NCBI GenBank assembly: GCA_963719225.1
Contig: CAVRAY010000001.1
Span: forward strand, 1,184,001 to 1,248,000
Origin: Thermoanaerobaculia bacterium
GTDB taxonomy: Bacteria > Acidobacteriota > Thermoanaerobaculia > UBA5066
DNA: 64,000 bases
Direction of reading: 5' to 3'
Part shown: one piece after another, positions 1 through 9,005 of the stretch
Layout: every line of letters starts with the position of its first letter
Numbering within the stretch: the stretch's first letter is position 1
Translations under genes and position numbers: made by a program
The notes under the pieces: model-generated
Databases searched by the model: none
What the model saw: the letters and a program-made list of their open reading frames with translations, nothing else
Told to the model about the DNA's origin: nothing

Positions 1-82
1 CCTGCGCTCGATCCGCGACCAGTTCGTGCGCGTCGCGCGGTTCTCGGAAATCCGGGGCTGAGCCGGAGAGTCGGGAACGTCC

Positions 83-2443
83 GTGCAGCTCCCGGTTCAT
101 TCCCCGCCGCCCGAGGGCGAGATCGATCCCGTCTGCGGGATGACGGTGGATCCCGCGCGCGCCGCGGCGAAGGTCGAGCACGGCGGCAAGACCTGGTACT
201 TCTGCTCGAAGGGCTGCGCGGAAAGATTCCGGAAAGAGCCAGAGAGATCTTCTTCACCCCCTTCACTTTCTAAGAAATCTCCCGGTTCTCTCTGGACCTG
301 CCCGATGCATCCCGAGATCGTCAGGGAAAAGCCCGGAGCCTGCCCGATCTGCGGAATGGCTCTGGAGCCGTTGATGCCGACCGCCGCCGGCGGGGAGGAG
401 GAGAACCCGGAGCTTCGGGACATGTCGCGACGGTTCTGGGTGAGCCTCGGACTGACGATCCCGCTCTTTCTCTTCGAGATGGGCTCGATGGTGTCGCCCA
501 CGCTGCGGGACGCGCTGCCGTCGCGCCTGAACCTGCTCGTCCAGCTTGCTCTCGCGACACCCGTCGTCCTCTGGGGCGGGTGGCCGTTCTTCGAGAGAGG
601 CTGGGCCTCTCTTCGCACGCGAAACCTCAACATGTTCACCCTCATCGCCCTGGGAACGGGCGCGGCATACCTGTACAGCCTTGCCAGGACGGCACAAACC
701 CTCTTCACCTTTCAAAGAAACTTTGCAGACCATGACATGAGCCACGCCGCGACCGGCGTTGGCGCGCTCCACGATGTCTATTTCGAAGCCGCGGCCGGCA
801 TCACGACCCTCGTCCTGCTCGGGCAGGTGCTCGAGCTGAGAGCGCGTGCGCGAACCTCGGGGGCGATCCGGGCGCTGCTGGGCCTCGCGCCGAAGACGGC
901 GCGCGTCGTCCGCCCCGACGGCCGCGAAGAAGACGTGCCGCTCGAAAACGTGGCCGTCGGAGACCGGCTGCGCGTGAGGCCGGGCGAAAAGGTGCCCGTG
1001 GACGGGCTCGTGCTCGAGGGCGCGAGCGCGGTGGACGAGTCGATGATCACGGGCGAGCCGGTGCCGGTGGAGAAGACGAGGGGGAGCACCGTGACGGGCG
1101 GCACGCTCAACAGCGTCGGCGGCATCGTGATGAAGGCCGAGCGCGTGGGCCGGGACACGCTCCTCGCGCAGATCGTGAGACTGGTCGGCGAGGCGCAACG
1201 GAGCCGCGCGCCCATCCAGCGGCTCGCGGACGCGGTCGCCACCTGGTTCGTGCCCGCCGTCGTCCTCGTCTCCGTCCTGACGTTCGCCGCCTGGGCCGTG
1301 TTCGGCCCGCAGCCGCGTTTCGCGCACGCGCTCGTGAACGCCGTCGCCGTCCTCATCATCGCCTGCCCGTGCGCGCTCGGGCTCGCGACGCCGATGTCGA
1401 TCATGGTCGGAACCGGGCGCGGCGCGCAGGCCGGCATTCTCGTGAAGAACGCCGAAGCGCTCGAAAAGCTCGAGAAGGTGAACACGCTCGTCGTGGACAA
1501 GACGGGCACGCTGACGGAAGGGAAGCCGAGAGTGGAGAAGATTCGCGCCTTCGGCGCGTTCGACGAAAAGGAATTGTTGCGCATGGCCGCCTCGCTGGAG
1601 CGCGCGAGCGAACACCCCCTCGCGGCCGCGGTCACGGCCGCCGCCGAGGCAGCCGGTCTTACTCTTTCACCTTCGAAGGAATTCTCTTCGATCCCCGGGA
1701 AGGGCATTGCCGGAAAGGTGGACGGCCGGCCGGTCCTGCTGGGGTCTCTTCCCCTATTCGAAGAAGATTCTCTTTCTTCTTCCTTTCCCAGCGACCTCCT
1801 CGCCGAAGCAGACGCGGAGCGCGCGCAGGGTCACACGGTCCTCTTCGTGGCCGTGGACGGCAAGCCGGCGGGGTTCCTCTCGGCCGCCGATCCGATCAAG
1901 GGATCCGCGGCCGCCGCCATCGCCGAGATGCATCGCCTGGGAGTCCGCGTGGTGATGCTGACGGGCGACGCGAAGGCCACGGCCGAGAGCGTCGGCCGGG
2001 CGCTCGGAATCGACGAAGTCGTCGCGGGTGTGCTGCCGACGGCGAAGGCCGAAGCGGTGGCGCGCCTCAAGGGCGAGGGCAGGATCGTCGCGATGGCGGG
2101 CGACGGCGTGAACGACGCGCCGGCGCTCGCCGCTTCGGACGTGGGCATCGCGATGGGAACGGGGACGGACGTCGCGATCGAGAGCGCGGACGTGACGCTC
2201 CTCAAAGGCGACCTCTCCGGCCTCGTCAAGGCGCGGCGACTCTCGGAGGCGACGATGAGGAACATCCGGCAGAACCTCGTCTTCGCGTTCGTGTACAACG
2301 TGATCGGCATCCCGATCGCGGCGGGATTGCTCTACCCGTTCTTCGGGCTTCTCCTGTCCCCCGTCATCGCGAGCGCCGCGATGACGTTGAGCTCGGTCTC
2401 GGTGATCACGAACGCGCTCCGTCTCCGGCGCGTCGCGCTCTGA
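83..2443 (+). CDS. copA: Cu(I)/Ag(I)-translocating P1B-type ATPase with N-terminal YHS and CPMHP heavy-metal-binding domains
   Basis: DPVCGM..YFCSKGC (YHS), CPMHP..CPICGM, TGE, CPC in TM, DKTGT phosphorylation site, [14 protein letters not shown] and MxxSS Cu(I) ligands. Confidence 0.95.
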   Translation: MQLPVHSPPPEGEIDPVCGMTVDPARAAAKVEHGGKTWYFCSKGCAERFRKEPERSSSPPSLSKKSPGSLWTCPMHPEIVREKPGACPICGMALEPLMPTAAGGEEENPELRDMSRRFWVSLGLTIPLFLFEMGSMVSPTLRDALPSRLNLLVQLALATPVVLWGGWPFFERGWASLRTRNLNMFTLIALGTGAAYLYSLARTAQTLFTFQRNFADHDMSHAATGVGALHDVYFEAAAGITTLVLLGQVLELRARARTSGAIRALLGLAPKTARVVRPDGREEDVPLENVAVGDRLRVRPGEKVPVDGLVLEGASAVDESMITGEPVPVEKTRGSTVTGGTLNSVGGIVMKAERVGRDTLLAQIVRLVGEAQRSRAPIQRLADAVATWFVPAVVLVSVLTFAAWAVFGPQPRFAHALVNAVAVLIIACPCALGLATPMSIMVGTGRGAQAGILVKNAEALEKLEKVNTLVVDKTGTLTEGKPRVEKIRAFGAFDEKELLRMAASLERASEHPLAAAVTAAAEAAGLTLSPSKEFSSIPGKGIAGKVDGRPVLLGSLPLFEEDSLSSSFPSDLLAEADAERAQGHTVLFVAVDGKPAGFLSAADPIKGSAAAAIAEMHRLGVRVVMLTGDAKATAESVGRALGIDEVVAGVLPTAKAEAVARLKGEGRIVAMAGDGVNDAPALAASDVGIAMGTGTDVAIESADVTLLKGDLSGLVKARRLSEATMRNIRQNLVFAFVYNVIGIPIAAGLLYPFFGLLLSPVIASAAMTLSSVSVITNALRLRRVAL
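260..284 (+). repeat. Dispersed CTAAG motif copy (in copA, encodes SLSKKS)
   Basis: ccttcacttt-CTAAG-aaatctcccg. Confidence 0.85.
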
Positions 2444-2480
2444 AACGCCGGGGTCGTAGAATCCGTGCCGGGAGCACTCC

Positions 2481-2732
2481 ATGCCTCTTCTGGAATATCG
2501 ATGTTCGGACTGCGGAAAGAAGACCGAGGACCTCGTCCTCGCGGGAGACACGGCGCGGCCGCCGAGGTGCTCGTCGTGCGGCTCGAAGAAGGTCTCGCGC
2601 CTGCTCTCGACGTTCGCGGCTCCGACGTCGTCTCCTTCCACGGGCGGCTTCGACGCGGCGACCGCCTGCGGCGGCGGCCCCTGCAGCATGCCCGAGGCCT
2701 GTGGCGCGGGCCGCGGATTCGACGAGAACTGA
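2481..2732 (+). CDS. FmdB-family zinc-ribbon protein
   Basis: MPLLEYRCSDCG...CSSCGS..VSRLLS signature; Cys/Gly-rich tail; GGAG RBS. Confidence 0.85.
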   Translation: MPLLEYRCSDCGKKTEDLVLAGDTARPPRCSSCGSKKVSRLLSTFAAPTSSPSTGGFDAATACGGGPCSMPEACGAGRGFDEN

Positions 2733-2816
2733 GGGTTCCCGAGCTTCGCGTACCTGAGGCATCTGAATCACGCGGAATGCGCTCGCCCGTCGTCCTTTGC
2801 GTGTTAGCGTTTTCGA

Positions 2817-3080
2817 ATGGAAATCCTCGCCTCGCCGCGCGCGCCCGTCTTCGGACACGACCTGCTTTCCCTTCTTCAGCAAATGGGAGGGAAAGCGAGC
2901 GTCGAGGCCCTCCAGAACGCGGCGTCCGGCGCTTTCGGCGCGGGCGCGGTATACGGGAACTGCCACGGCGACCGCTTCTCGTTCCACGAGGTGCTCGCTT
3001 TCCTCGCGTCGCGCGGCAAGCTCGAGCGTCGCGGGGACGAGGTCTTCCTCGGGTCTGAGCCTGCCTGCTCCGGCCACTGA
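2817..3080 (+). CDS. YecH/DUF2492-like small metal-binding protein
   Basis: GHDLL, FG..A.Y.NCH, L..FL..RGKL and C-terminal CSGH resemble the YecH family. Confidence 0.7.
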   Translation: MEILASPRAPVFGHDLLSLLQQMGGKASVEALQNAASGAFGAGAVYGNCHGDRFSFHEVLAFLASRGKLERRGDEVFLGSEPACSGH

Positions 3081-3119
3081 AGACACCAAGAGGCGGGACT
3101 CTCCGACGATCCCAGGGAC

Positions 3120-3169
3120 CTATTAAAGGTTGTGGTCTTATGCTTTAATAGTGCGGATCGCTATTAAAG
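3120..3169. promoter_or_regulatory. Three alternating-orientation CTATTAAAG boxes upstream of fic (probable operator/promoter)
   Basis: CTATTAAAG 3120-3128, CTTTAATAG 3143-3151, CTATTAAAG 3161-3169 in an AT-rich patch. Confidence 0.7.
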
Positions 3170-3191
3170 GTGCGTTTTCGGGAAAGGATCC

Positions 3192-4352
3192 ATGAAACGA
3201 GGGCCGACCGGAGAATTCTCGAGCCTGAATCTTGGCGGGGAAATCGTGCGCGCCTTCGTCCCGCGCCCGCTCCCTCCCGTCCCCGGGATCTCGCTGGCGA
3301 CCGTCCGAGAGAAGCTCGACCGAGCGCTCCTCGCTCTCGGACACCTCGATGCCGTCTCGGCGCTCCTGCCCGATACCCACCTCTTTCTCTACAGCTATGT
3401 CCGAAAAGAAGCGGTCCTTTCGTCGCAGATCGAAGGAACGCAATCGTCGCTCTCCGACCTTCTTCTCTTCGAGCTCGAAGAGCTACCGGGAGTTCCGCTC
3501 GCCGACGTCTCGGAGGTGTCCCGGTACGTTGCGGCGCTCGAACACGGCCTCAAACGTCTGCGAGCCGGGTTTCCGCTCTCGAACCGGCTTCTGCGCGAGA
3601 TCCATGAAGTCCTCCTGGCGAAGGGGCGTGGTGCCGACAAGGCTCCGGGCGAGTTTCGTCGCACTCAGAACTGGATCGGAGGAACGCGCCCGGGGAGCGC
3701 ACGCTTCGTTCCGCCGCCTCCGGATCGCGTCGAGGAGTGCATGGCGGCGCTCGAGCGCTTTCTGCACGACGACCCCGTGCGTACGCCGCCCCTCGAGAAG
3801 GCCGCCATGGCGCATTTGCAGTTCGAGACGATTCATCCGTTCCTCGATGGCAACGGACGGGTGGGCCGGCTGCTCGTCACCCTTCTTCTGTGGAAGGAGG
3901 GTGTTCTCCGGGAGCCTCTCCTCTATCTAAGCCTCTACCTGAAACGGCATCGCGCCCGTTACTACGAGCTGCTCCAGGCGGTCCGTACGGAGGGAGACTG
4001 GGAGGCATGGCTCGCCTTTTTCGCGGACGGTGTGTCGACGACGGCGCGAGGCGCGGTCGAGACGGCCCGCGCGATCGAGAAGCTGTTCCAAAAGGATCGC
4101 GAACGGATTCATGCGTTGGGGCGCGGGGCGAATTCAGCGCTCCTGGTTCATCACGCGCTCGAAAAGCGCCCGCTCGAAACGATCGGCCGCCTCGCCTCGG
4201 CGACGAAGCTCACGGTTCCGACGGTGACGAAGGCGATCACAGCGCTCGAGAAGCTCCGAATCGTCCGAGAAATCACGAAGAGGAGACGGGGCCGCGTGTT
4301 CTCTTACTCGGCGTACCTCGGTCTTCTCGCAGAAGGAACGGAACCGGGCTGA
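3192..4352 (+). CDS. Fic-family AMP transferase (class II, autoinhibited) with C-terminal winged HTH
   Basis: HPFLDGNGRVGR catalytic motif; N-terminal SSQIEG inhibitory helix; C-terminal TVPTVTKAITALEKLRIVREIT HTH. Confidence 0.92.
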   Translation: MKRGPTGEFSSLNLGGEIVRAFVPRPLPPVPGISLATVREKLDRALLALGHLDAVSALLPDTHLFLYSYVRKEAVLSSQIEGTQSSLSDLLLFELEELPGVPLADVSEVSRYVAALEHGLKRLRAGFPLSNRLLREIHEVLLAKGRGADKAPGEFRRTQNWIGGTRPGSARFVPPPPDRVEECMAALERFLHDDPVRTPPLEKAAMAHLQFETIHPFLDGNGRVGRLLVTLLLWKEGVLREPLLYLSLYLKRHRARYYELLQAVRTEGDWEAWLAFFADGVSTTARGAVETARAIEKLFQKDRERIHALGRGANSALLVHHALEKRPLETIGRLASATKLTVPTVTKAITALEKLRIVREITKRRRGRVFSYSAYLGLLAEGTEPG

Positions 4353-4360
4353 ATTCCGGG

Positions 4361-5035
4361 TCAGCCCCCGATCGCTCCCACCGCGAGAGCCACGACCGCG
4401 AAGTGGCAGGCCGCCGCCGCGATCACGAGCGCGTGGAAGACCTCGTGGTACCCGAAGACCCTCGGAAAGGGATTCGGACGCCGGAACGCGTAGACGGCCG
4501 CGCCGAGGCTGTACACGACTCCGCCCGCGGCGAGGAGGACGACGGCTCCCGTTCCGAGCGCCGCCTTGAGCGCGGGGAGGATCGGAAGAGCCGCCCAGCC
4601 GAGGAGGACGCACACGGCCGCGACGAGGACCTTCGGCGCCCCGACCCACGCGACGGAGAGGACGATCCCGACGATCGCTCCCGCCCACACGACGCCGAGC
4701 ATGACCCACCCCGCGCGATTCTCGAGAAGAAAGGCGAACGGCGTGTACGTCCCCGCGATGAGCAGGAAGATCGCCGAGTGGTCGACGCGCCGGAGAATCA
4801 GGCGGACGCGCTCGGACCACGTTGGCCGGTGGTAGATCGCGCTCACGGCGAAGAGCGCGACCAGGGAGATGCCGTAGACGATCGCCCCGATGCGCGCGCG
4901 CGGCCCGGTGGCGGTCAGGACGAGGATTCCCCCGGCGATGGCCGCGACGAATGCGGCGACCTCGTGGAGGACGCCCCTGAGGACCGGTTTCGCGAGGATT
5001 TCGCCTTCGGCTTCCGCCATGGTCCCGTCCATCAT
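4361..5035 (-). CDS. Hemolysin III / PAQR family membrane protein (TrhA-like)
   Basis: KPVLRGVLH, SAIYH, RRVDHSAIFLLIAGTYTP, GYHEVFH motifs; 7 TM. Confidence 0.92.
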   Translation of the reverse strand: MMDGTMAEAEGEILAKPVLRGVLHEVAAFVAAIAGGILVLTATGPRARIGAIVYGISLVALFAVSAIYHRPTWSERVRLILRRVDHSAIFLLIAGTYTPFAFLLENRAGWVMLGVVWAGAIVGIVLSVAWVGAPKVLVAAVCVLLGWAALPILPALKAALGTGAVVLLAAGGVVYSLGAAVYAFRRPNPFPRVFGYHEVFHALVIAAAACHFAVVALAVGAIGG

Positions 5036-5045
5036 GCTCCTGCGC

Positions 5046-6161
5046 CTACGCCGTCGTCTTCTGGAAGCGCGCGACGGCGAGGGCGATGATGAGGATCGTG
5101 AAGCCGGTGAGCCAGGCGATGGGCTCCCAGAGCTCGGCCACCCCCGCGCCTCTCAGCACGATGCCGCGGACGACCTGGATGAAGTACTTCGCCGGGATCG
5201 CGTACGTGATGATCTGGAAGAACTTCGGCATGCCGTCGATCGGGAAGACGTAGCCCGACAGGAAGACGAACGGCAGGAGAAAGAAGAACGACATCTGCAT
5301 CGCCTGCATCTGCGTCTTCGCGAGCGTGGAAAGCAGCATGCCGAGCCCGAGGACGGCCGCGATGAACATGAGCCCGACGAGGTAGAGCTCGACGACGCTG
5401 CCGGCGATCGGAACTTTGAACAGGAACCTCATCAGGACGATGATGAGCGTGAGCTGGAAGACGCCGATCACGACGAAGGGCGCGATCTTGCCGAGGATCA
5501 GCTCGATGCGCGTGACGGGCGTGACCTGGAGCTGCTCGAGCGTGCCCCGCTCCCTTTCGCGCACGATCGCCATCGCCGTGAACTGGATGAGCGTGAACGT
5601 GAGGATGATCGCGATGAGGCCCGGGATGATGAACGTCGCCGTCCGGAGGTCGGGGTTGTACCAGGGCCTCACGCGCACGTCGACCGGCAGCTCGGGCGAC
5701 TTCCAGCCCGCGCGCTGCGCGAGAAGGCGGATCGAAAGCCCGTTCGCGATGCCGCTCGCGATCGCCATCGCCTGGGACGCCGTCGTCGTGTCCGACGCGT
5801 TCACGATCAGGAGCGCATGGGCCGGCGCGCCGCGGTGGATGTCCTTGCCGAAATCCGCGTCGATCACGAGGCCGACGGACGCGTGCGCCGAGTCGATCTC
5901 GCGGCGGAGGTCCGCCTGGGAATCCACGTACTTGACGACGTCGAAGTACTCGCTCGCGGTCATCTTCGAGACGAGCTCGCGGCTCTCGTACGAGCGCGAT
6001 TCGTCGAGGATCGCCGTCGTCAGGTGCTTGACGTCGTAGTTGATCGCGTACCCGAAGATCATCGTCTGGAGGAGCGGGACCATGACGATCATGCGCAGCG
6101 TCAGGGGGTCCCTCTTGAGCTGCAGGAACTCCTTGCGGGCGAGGGCCAGGAACCGTTTCAT
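5046..6161 (-). CDS. ABC-2 transporter permease (YbhR/S-like)
   Basis: Start MKRFLALARKEF; IVRERERGTLEQL..TP; LSG..FP..MP; ATGA overlap with upstream ATPase. Confidence 0.92.
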   Translation of the reverse strand: MKRFLALARKEFLQLKRDPLTLRMIVMVPLLQTMIFGYAINYDVKHLTTAILDESRSYESRELVSKMTASEYFDVVKYVDSQADLRREIDSAHASVGLVIDADFGKDIHRGAPAHALLIVNASDTTTASQAMAIASGIANGLSIRLLAQRAGWKSPELPVDVRVRPWYNPDLRTATFIIPGLIAIILTFTLIQFTAMAIVRERERGTLEQLQVTPVTRIELILGKIAPFVVIGVFQLTLIIVLMRFLFKVPIAGSVVELYLVGLMFIAAVLGLGMLLSTLAKTQMQAMQMSFFFLLPFVFLSGYVFPIDGMPKFFQIITYAIPAKYFIQVVRGIVLRGAGVAELWEPIAWLTGFTILIIALAVARFQKTTA

Positions 6162-7108
6162 GCCGCGACCTCCTCCCGCGATCTCCTCTGCTTGCGCGCA
6201 AGCGAAACGAAGACGTCTTCCAGGGACGGCTCGGCCGGCTCCGGCGGCGCGAAACGGGCGAGCAGGTTTCGCGCTTCGTCGATGGAGCCGGGCTTCGCGA
6301 CGGCGCGAAGCCGCGCGCCGAAGAGGTAGGCGTCCTCGAGAGAGGCATCCTTCTGCACTTCCTCGAGCGCCACGAACGGGTCCGAGGGCGGCGTGACCTG
6401 CACGATCCGGTCCGCGAGGTCGCGCTTGAGGTCGGGTGGAGCGCCCTCCGCGATGATCGCGCCGTCGAGGATGAACGCGAGCTCGTCGCACTGCTCGGCT
6501 TCGTCCATGTAATGCGTCGTGACGAGGACCGTCATGCTCTTCTCCGCCGCGAGCTCGTAGATCAGGTCCCAGAAGAGCCGCCGTCCTCGCGGATCGACGC
6601 CTCCCGTCGGCTCGTCCAGGAACAGGAGCTCCGGCTCGTGGAGAAGCGCGGCCGCCAGCGCGACGCGCTGGCGATAGCCCGTGGAGAGTCCTTCCGTGAG
6701 GGCCGGCAGGAGCTTCGCGAAGCGGAGCCGTTCCGACAGCTCCTTGATGCGGTCGGCGAGGCGGTCCTTCGGAAGGCCGTAGATCGATCCGAAGAACGTC
6801 AGGTTCTCCTCGGCCGTAAGGTCCAGGTAGAGCGAGAACTTCTGGCTCATGTACCCGAGATGCGTCTTCCACGTGTCGGTGTCGCGCGCGACGTCGAGCG
6901 TGCGACCCTTCGGCTGCATCGTCGCGCGGCCCTCGGAGGGCTTGAGGAGCCCCGCGAGCATCCGGATCGTCGTGGATTTTCCCGAGCCGTTCGGGCCGAG
7001 GAAGCCGAAGACCTTCCCGCGGGGAACCTCGAACGAGACGTGGTCGACGGCGACGAAATTGCCGAACTTCCGCGTGAGGTTCTCGCAGCTGAGGAGGATG
7101 TCACTCAT
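6158..7108 (-). CDS. ABC transporter ATP-binding protein (YbhF C-half-like)
   Basis: GPNGSGKST, GYMSQKFSLY, LFLDEPTGGVDP, TTHYMDEAE. Confidence 0.92.
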   Translation of the reverse strand: MSDILLSCENLTRKFGNFVAVDHVSFEVPRGKVFGFLGPNGSGKSTTIRMLAGLLKPSEGRATMQPKGRTLDVARDTDTWKTHLGYMSQKFSLYLDLTAEENLTFFGSIYGLPKDRLADRIKELSERLRFAKLLPALTEGLSTGYRQRVALAAALLHEPELLFLDEPTGGVDPRGRRLFWDLIYELAAEKSMTVLVTTHYMDEAEQCDELAFILDGAIIAEGAPPDLKRDLADRIVQVTPPSDPFVALEEVQKDASLEDAYLFGARLRAVAKPGSIDEARNLLARFAPPEPAEPSLEDVFVSLARKQRRSREEVAA

Positions 7109-8001
7109 CCCTCGGCCTCGCTGAACAGGACGAACGCGTCCTCGAGGCTGGGCTCTACGCGCCGGATGTCCTCTGCCGGGACGAGACCCGCGAGCGCCTC
7201 GCGCAATTCACCTTCTAAGAAATCCCCCGTCTTCCCTTTATCTTCTCTTCCCCTCACGTGCAGCCTCGTCCCGAAGAGCGAGACGTCGTCGACCTCCTGC
7301 ACTCCCTCGAGGCGCTTCTTGACCTCGAGCCGCTTCGACGAGCGGATCTCGACGAGCGGCCGCGGATACGAGGCGAGGATCTCTTCGCGCGTGCCGAGGG
7401 CGGAAAGCCGTCCGTGATCCAGGAACGCGAGATGCGTGGCGTACTCCGCCTCGTCCATGTAGGGCGTCGAAACGACGATCGTCAGGCCTTCGTGGTGCAG
7501 CCGGTTCAGGAGCAGCCAGAACTCGCGGCGCGACACCGGGTCGACGCCGGTCGTGGGCTCGTCGAGGAGAAGGAGAGGCGGCTGCGTCATGAGCGCCGAG
7601 ACGAGCGAGAGCTTCTGCCTCATGCCTCCCGAAAGCGCTCCCGCGAGACGCTTCCCGAACCGGTCGAGGCCGACGCGCTGCAGGAGGTCCTTCGCGCGCT
7701 TCGCGGCGACGTCGTCGGGGATCTCGTAGAGCCGCGCCCTGAGGGAGAGGTTCTCGTCGATCGAGAGGTCCTCGTAAAGGCTGAAGCGCTGCGGCACGAA
7801 GCCGAACGCGACGTTTTCCGCGATGCGGACGGTGCCCGCGGTCGGCTTGAGAAGGCCGGCGACGATGCGGAACAACGTCGACTTGCCGGCGCCGTCGGGC
7901 CCGATGAGCGCGAAGAGCTCGCCCTTGTCGATCTCGAGGTCGATTCCCCTGAGGGCCTCGACCTTTTCGAACTTCCGGGCGACGCCCCGGATCTCGATCA
8001 C
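7105..8001 (-). CDS. ABC transporter ATP-binding protein (YbhF N-half-like)
   Basis: GTG start at 8001 overlapping hlyD stop; GPDGAGKST, LSGGMRQK, LLLDEPTTGVDP, STPYMDEAE. Confidence 0.92.
   Translation of the reverse strand: MIEIRGVARKFEKVEALRGIDLEIDKGELFALIGPDGAGKSTLFRIVAGLLKPTAGTVRIAENVAFGFVPQRFSLYEDLSIDENLSLRARLYEIPDDVAAKRAKDLLQRVGLDRFGKRLAGALSGGMRQKLSLVSALMTQPPLLLLDEPTTGVDPVSRREFWLLLNRLHHEGLTIVVSTPYMDEAEYATHLAFLDHGRLSALGTREEILASYPRPLVEIRSSKRLEVKKRLEGVQEVDDVSLFGTRLHVRGREDKGKTGDFLEGELREALAGLVPAEDIRRVEPSLEDAFVLFSEAEG
7205..7229 (+). repeat. Dispersed CTAAG motif copy (antisense in ABC ATPase, GDFLEGE)
   Basis: aattcacctt-CTAAG-aaatcccccg. Confidence 0.85.
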
Positions 8002-8993
8002 GGGCCGACCTTGACGCTCACTTCCGCGGGCTGCCCCGGGACGAGCGGCACGTTCCACCCCGCGTCGAGGTCCACCTTCGCGGCGTAGACCTGGTTCACG
8101 CGCTCCTCGCGCGTCTCGACCGGCTTCGGCGTGAACTCCGCGTCGGGGGAGATCTCCGTGACGTGCGCCGGGAAGGACTTGCCGGGGAACGAATCCACGG
8201 TGACGGTCGCGGGGAGCGATGTCCTCACCACGCCGAGCTTGGTCTCGGGGATGTAGGTCCGCACGTAGAGACGTCCCGTGAACGCCATCGTCAGCGCGGG
8301 CTGGGACGGCGAGAGCAGGAGGCCCGGCTCGGCCATGCGGTGGAGGACGACGCCGTCCGCGGGTGCGCGGATTTCCGCCTCTCCGGCGGTCGTCTCGGAC
8401 TGCTTGAGGACCGTGCGCGCCCGGTCCACGTCGCGCCGCGCCTGTTCCTTCTGCCACGAGCGCGTGCCTTCGCGGAGGAGGCCGAGTTTTTCTTCGCTCA
8501 TCTTGAGATTGGCCTCCGCGCGATCGAGATTCGCGCGCGCAACGTCCACGTCTCGAGGAGATCCCACTTTCTTAGAAAGTAATATCTGCTGGCGCTCGAG
8601 CTCCGGCTTCGCGAGATCCAGAGCGGCGCGACGGTCCGCGACTTCCTGCTCCGCAGCCTTGATTTCCGACCCCCGGCTTCCCGCTTCCAGGTCCTGGTAC
8701 CGCGCCTGGCTGGATTCCAGGCCGCGGCGATCGCGCTCGACGGCGAGCGCCATCTCGCCGAGGTCGAGCTTCACGAGGAGGTCGCCGGCCTTCACGCGAT
8801 CCCCTTCCTTCACCTTGACCTCGACGACGCGCCCGGCGACCTTCGGCGCGAGGTCCACGGTGGGTGCTTCGAGACGCCCGCTCAGCTTGACGAAGTTCGG
8901 GTCCTGCTTCGGCCGGCATGCGGCAATGACGATTGCCGAGGCCGCGAGTCCGGCGATCGCGACGGCCGGGAAGAAACGAGACGTCCTGCGCAT
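7998..8993 (-). CDS. HlyD/YbhG-like membrane fusion protein, probable lipoprotein
   Basis: IAAC lipobox; GRV..V.VKEGDRVKAGD lipoyl half, coiled coil, AEFTPK.VET.EER. Confidence 0.9.
   Translation of the reverse strand: MRRTSRFFPAVAIAGLAASAIVIAACRPKQDPNFVKLSGRLEAPTVDLAPKVAGRVVEVKVKEGDRVKAGDLLVKLDLGEMALAVERDRRGLESSQARYQDLEAGSRGSEIKAAEQEVADRRAALDLAKPELERQQILLSKKVGSPRDVDVARANLDRAEANLKMSEEKLGLLREGTRSWQKEQARRDVDRARTVLKQSETTAGEAEIRAPADGVVLHRMAEPGLLLSPSQPALTMAFTGRLYVRTYIPETKLGVVRTSLPATVTVDSFPGKSFPAHVTEISPDAEFTPKPVETREERVNQVYAAKVDLDAGWNVPLVPGQPAEVSVKVGP
8561..8585 (-). repeat. Dispersed CTAAG motif copy (in hlyD, LLSKKV); 15-bp palindrome ACTTTCT-W-AGAAAGT
   Basis: minus strand atattacttt-CTAAG-aaagtgggat. 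Confidence 0.85.
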
Positions 8994-9005
8994 GCGGCCG
9001 CCAGC

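Noticed and set aside
3917-3941. CTAAG at 3927 inside fic
   Set aside because: Lacks the TT before and AAA after the core, and is explained by the conserved Fic peptide LYLS; not counted as a motif copy.
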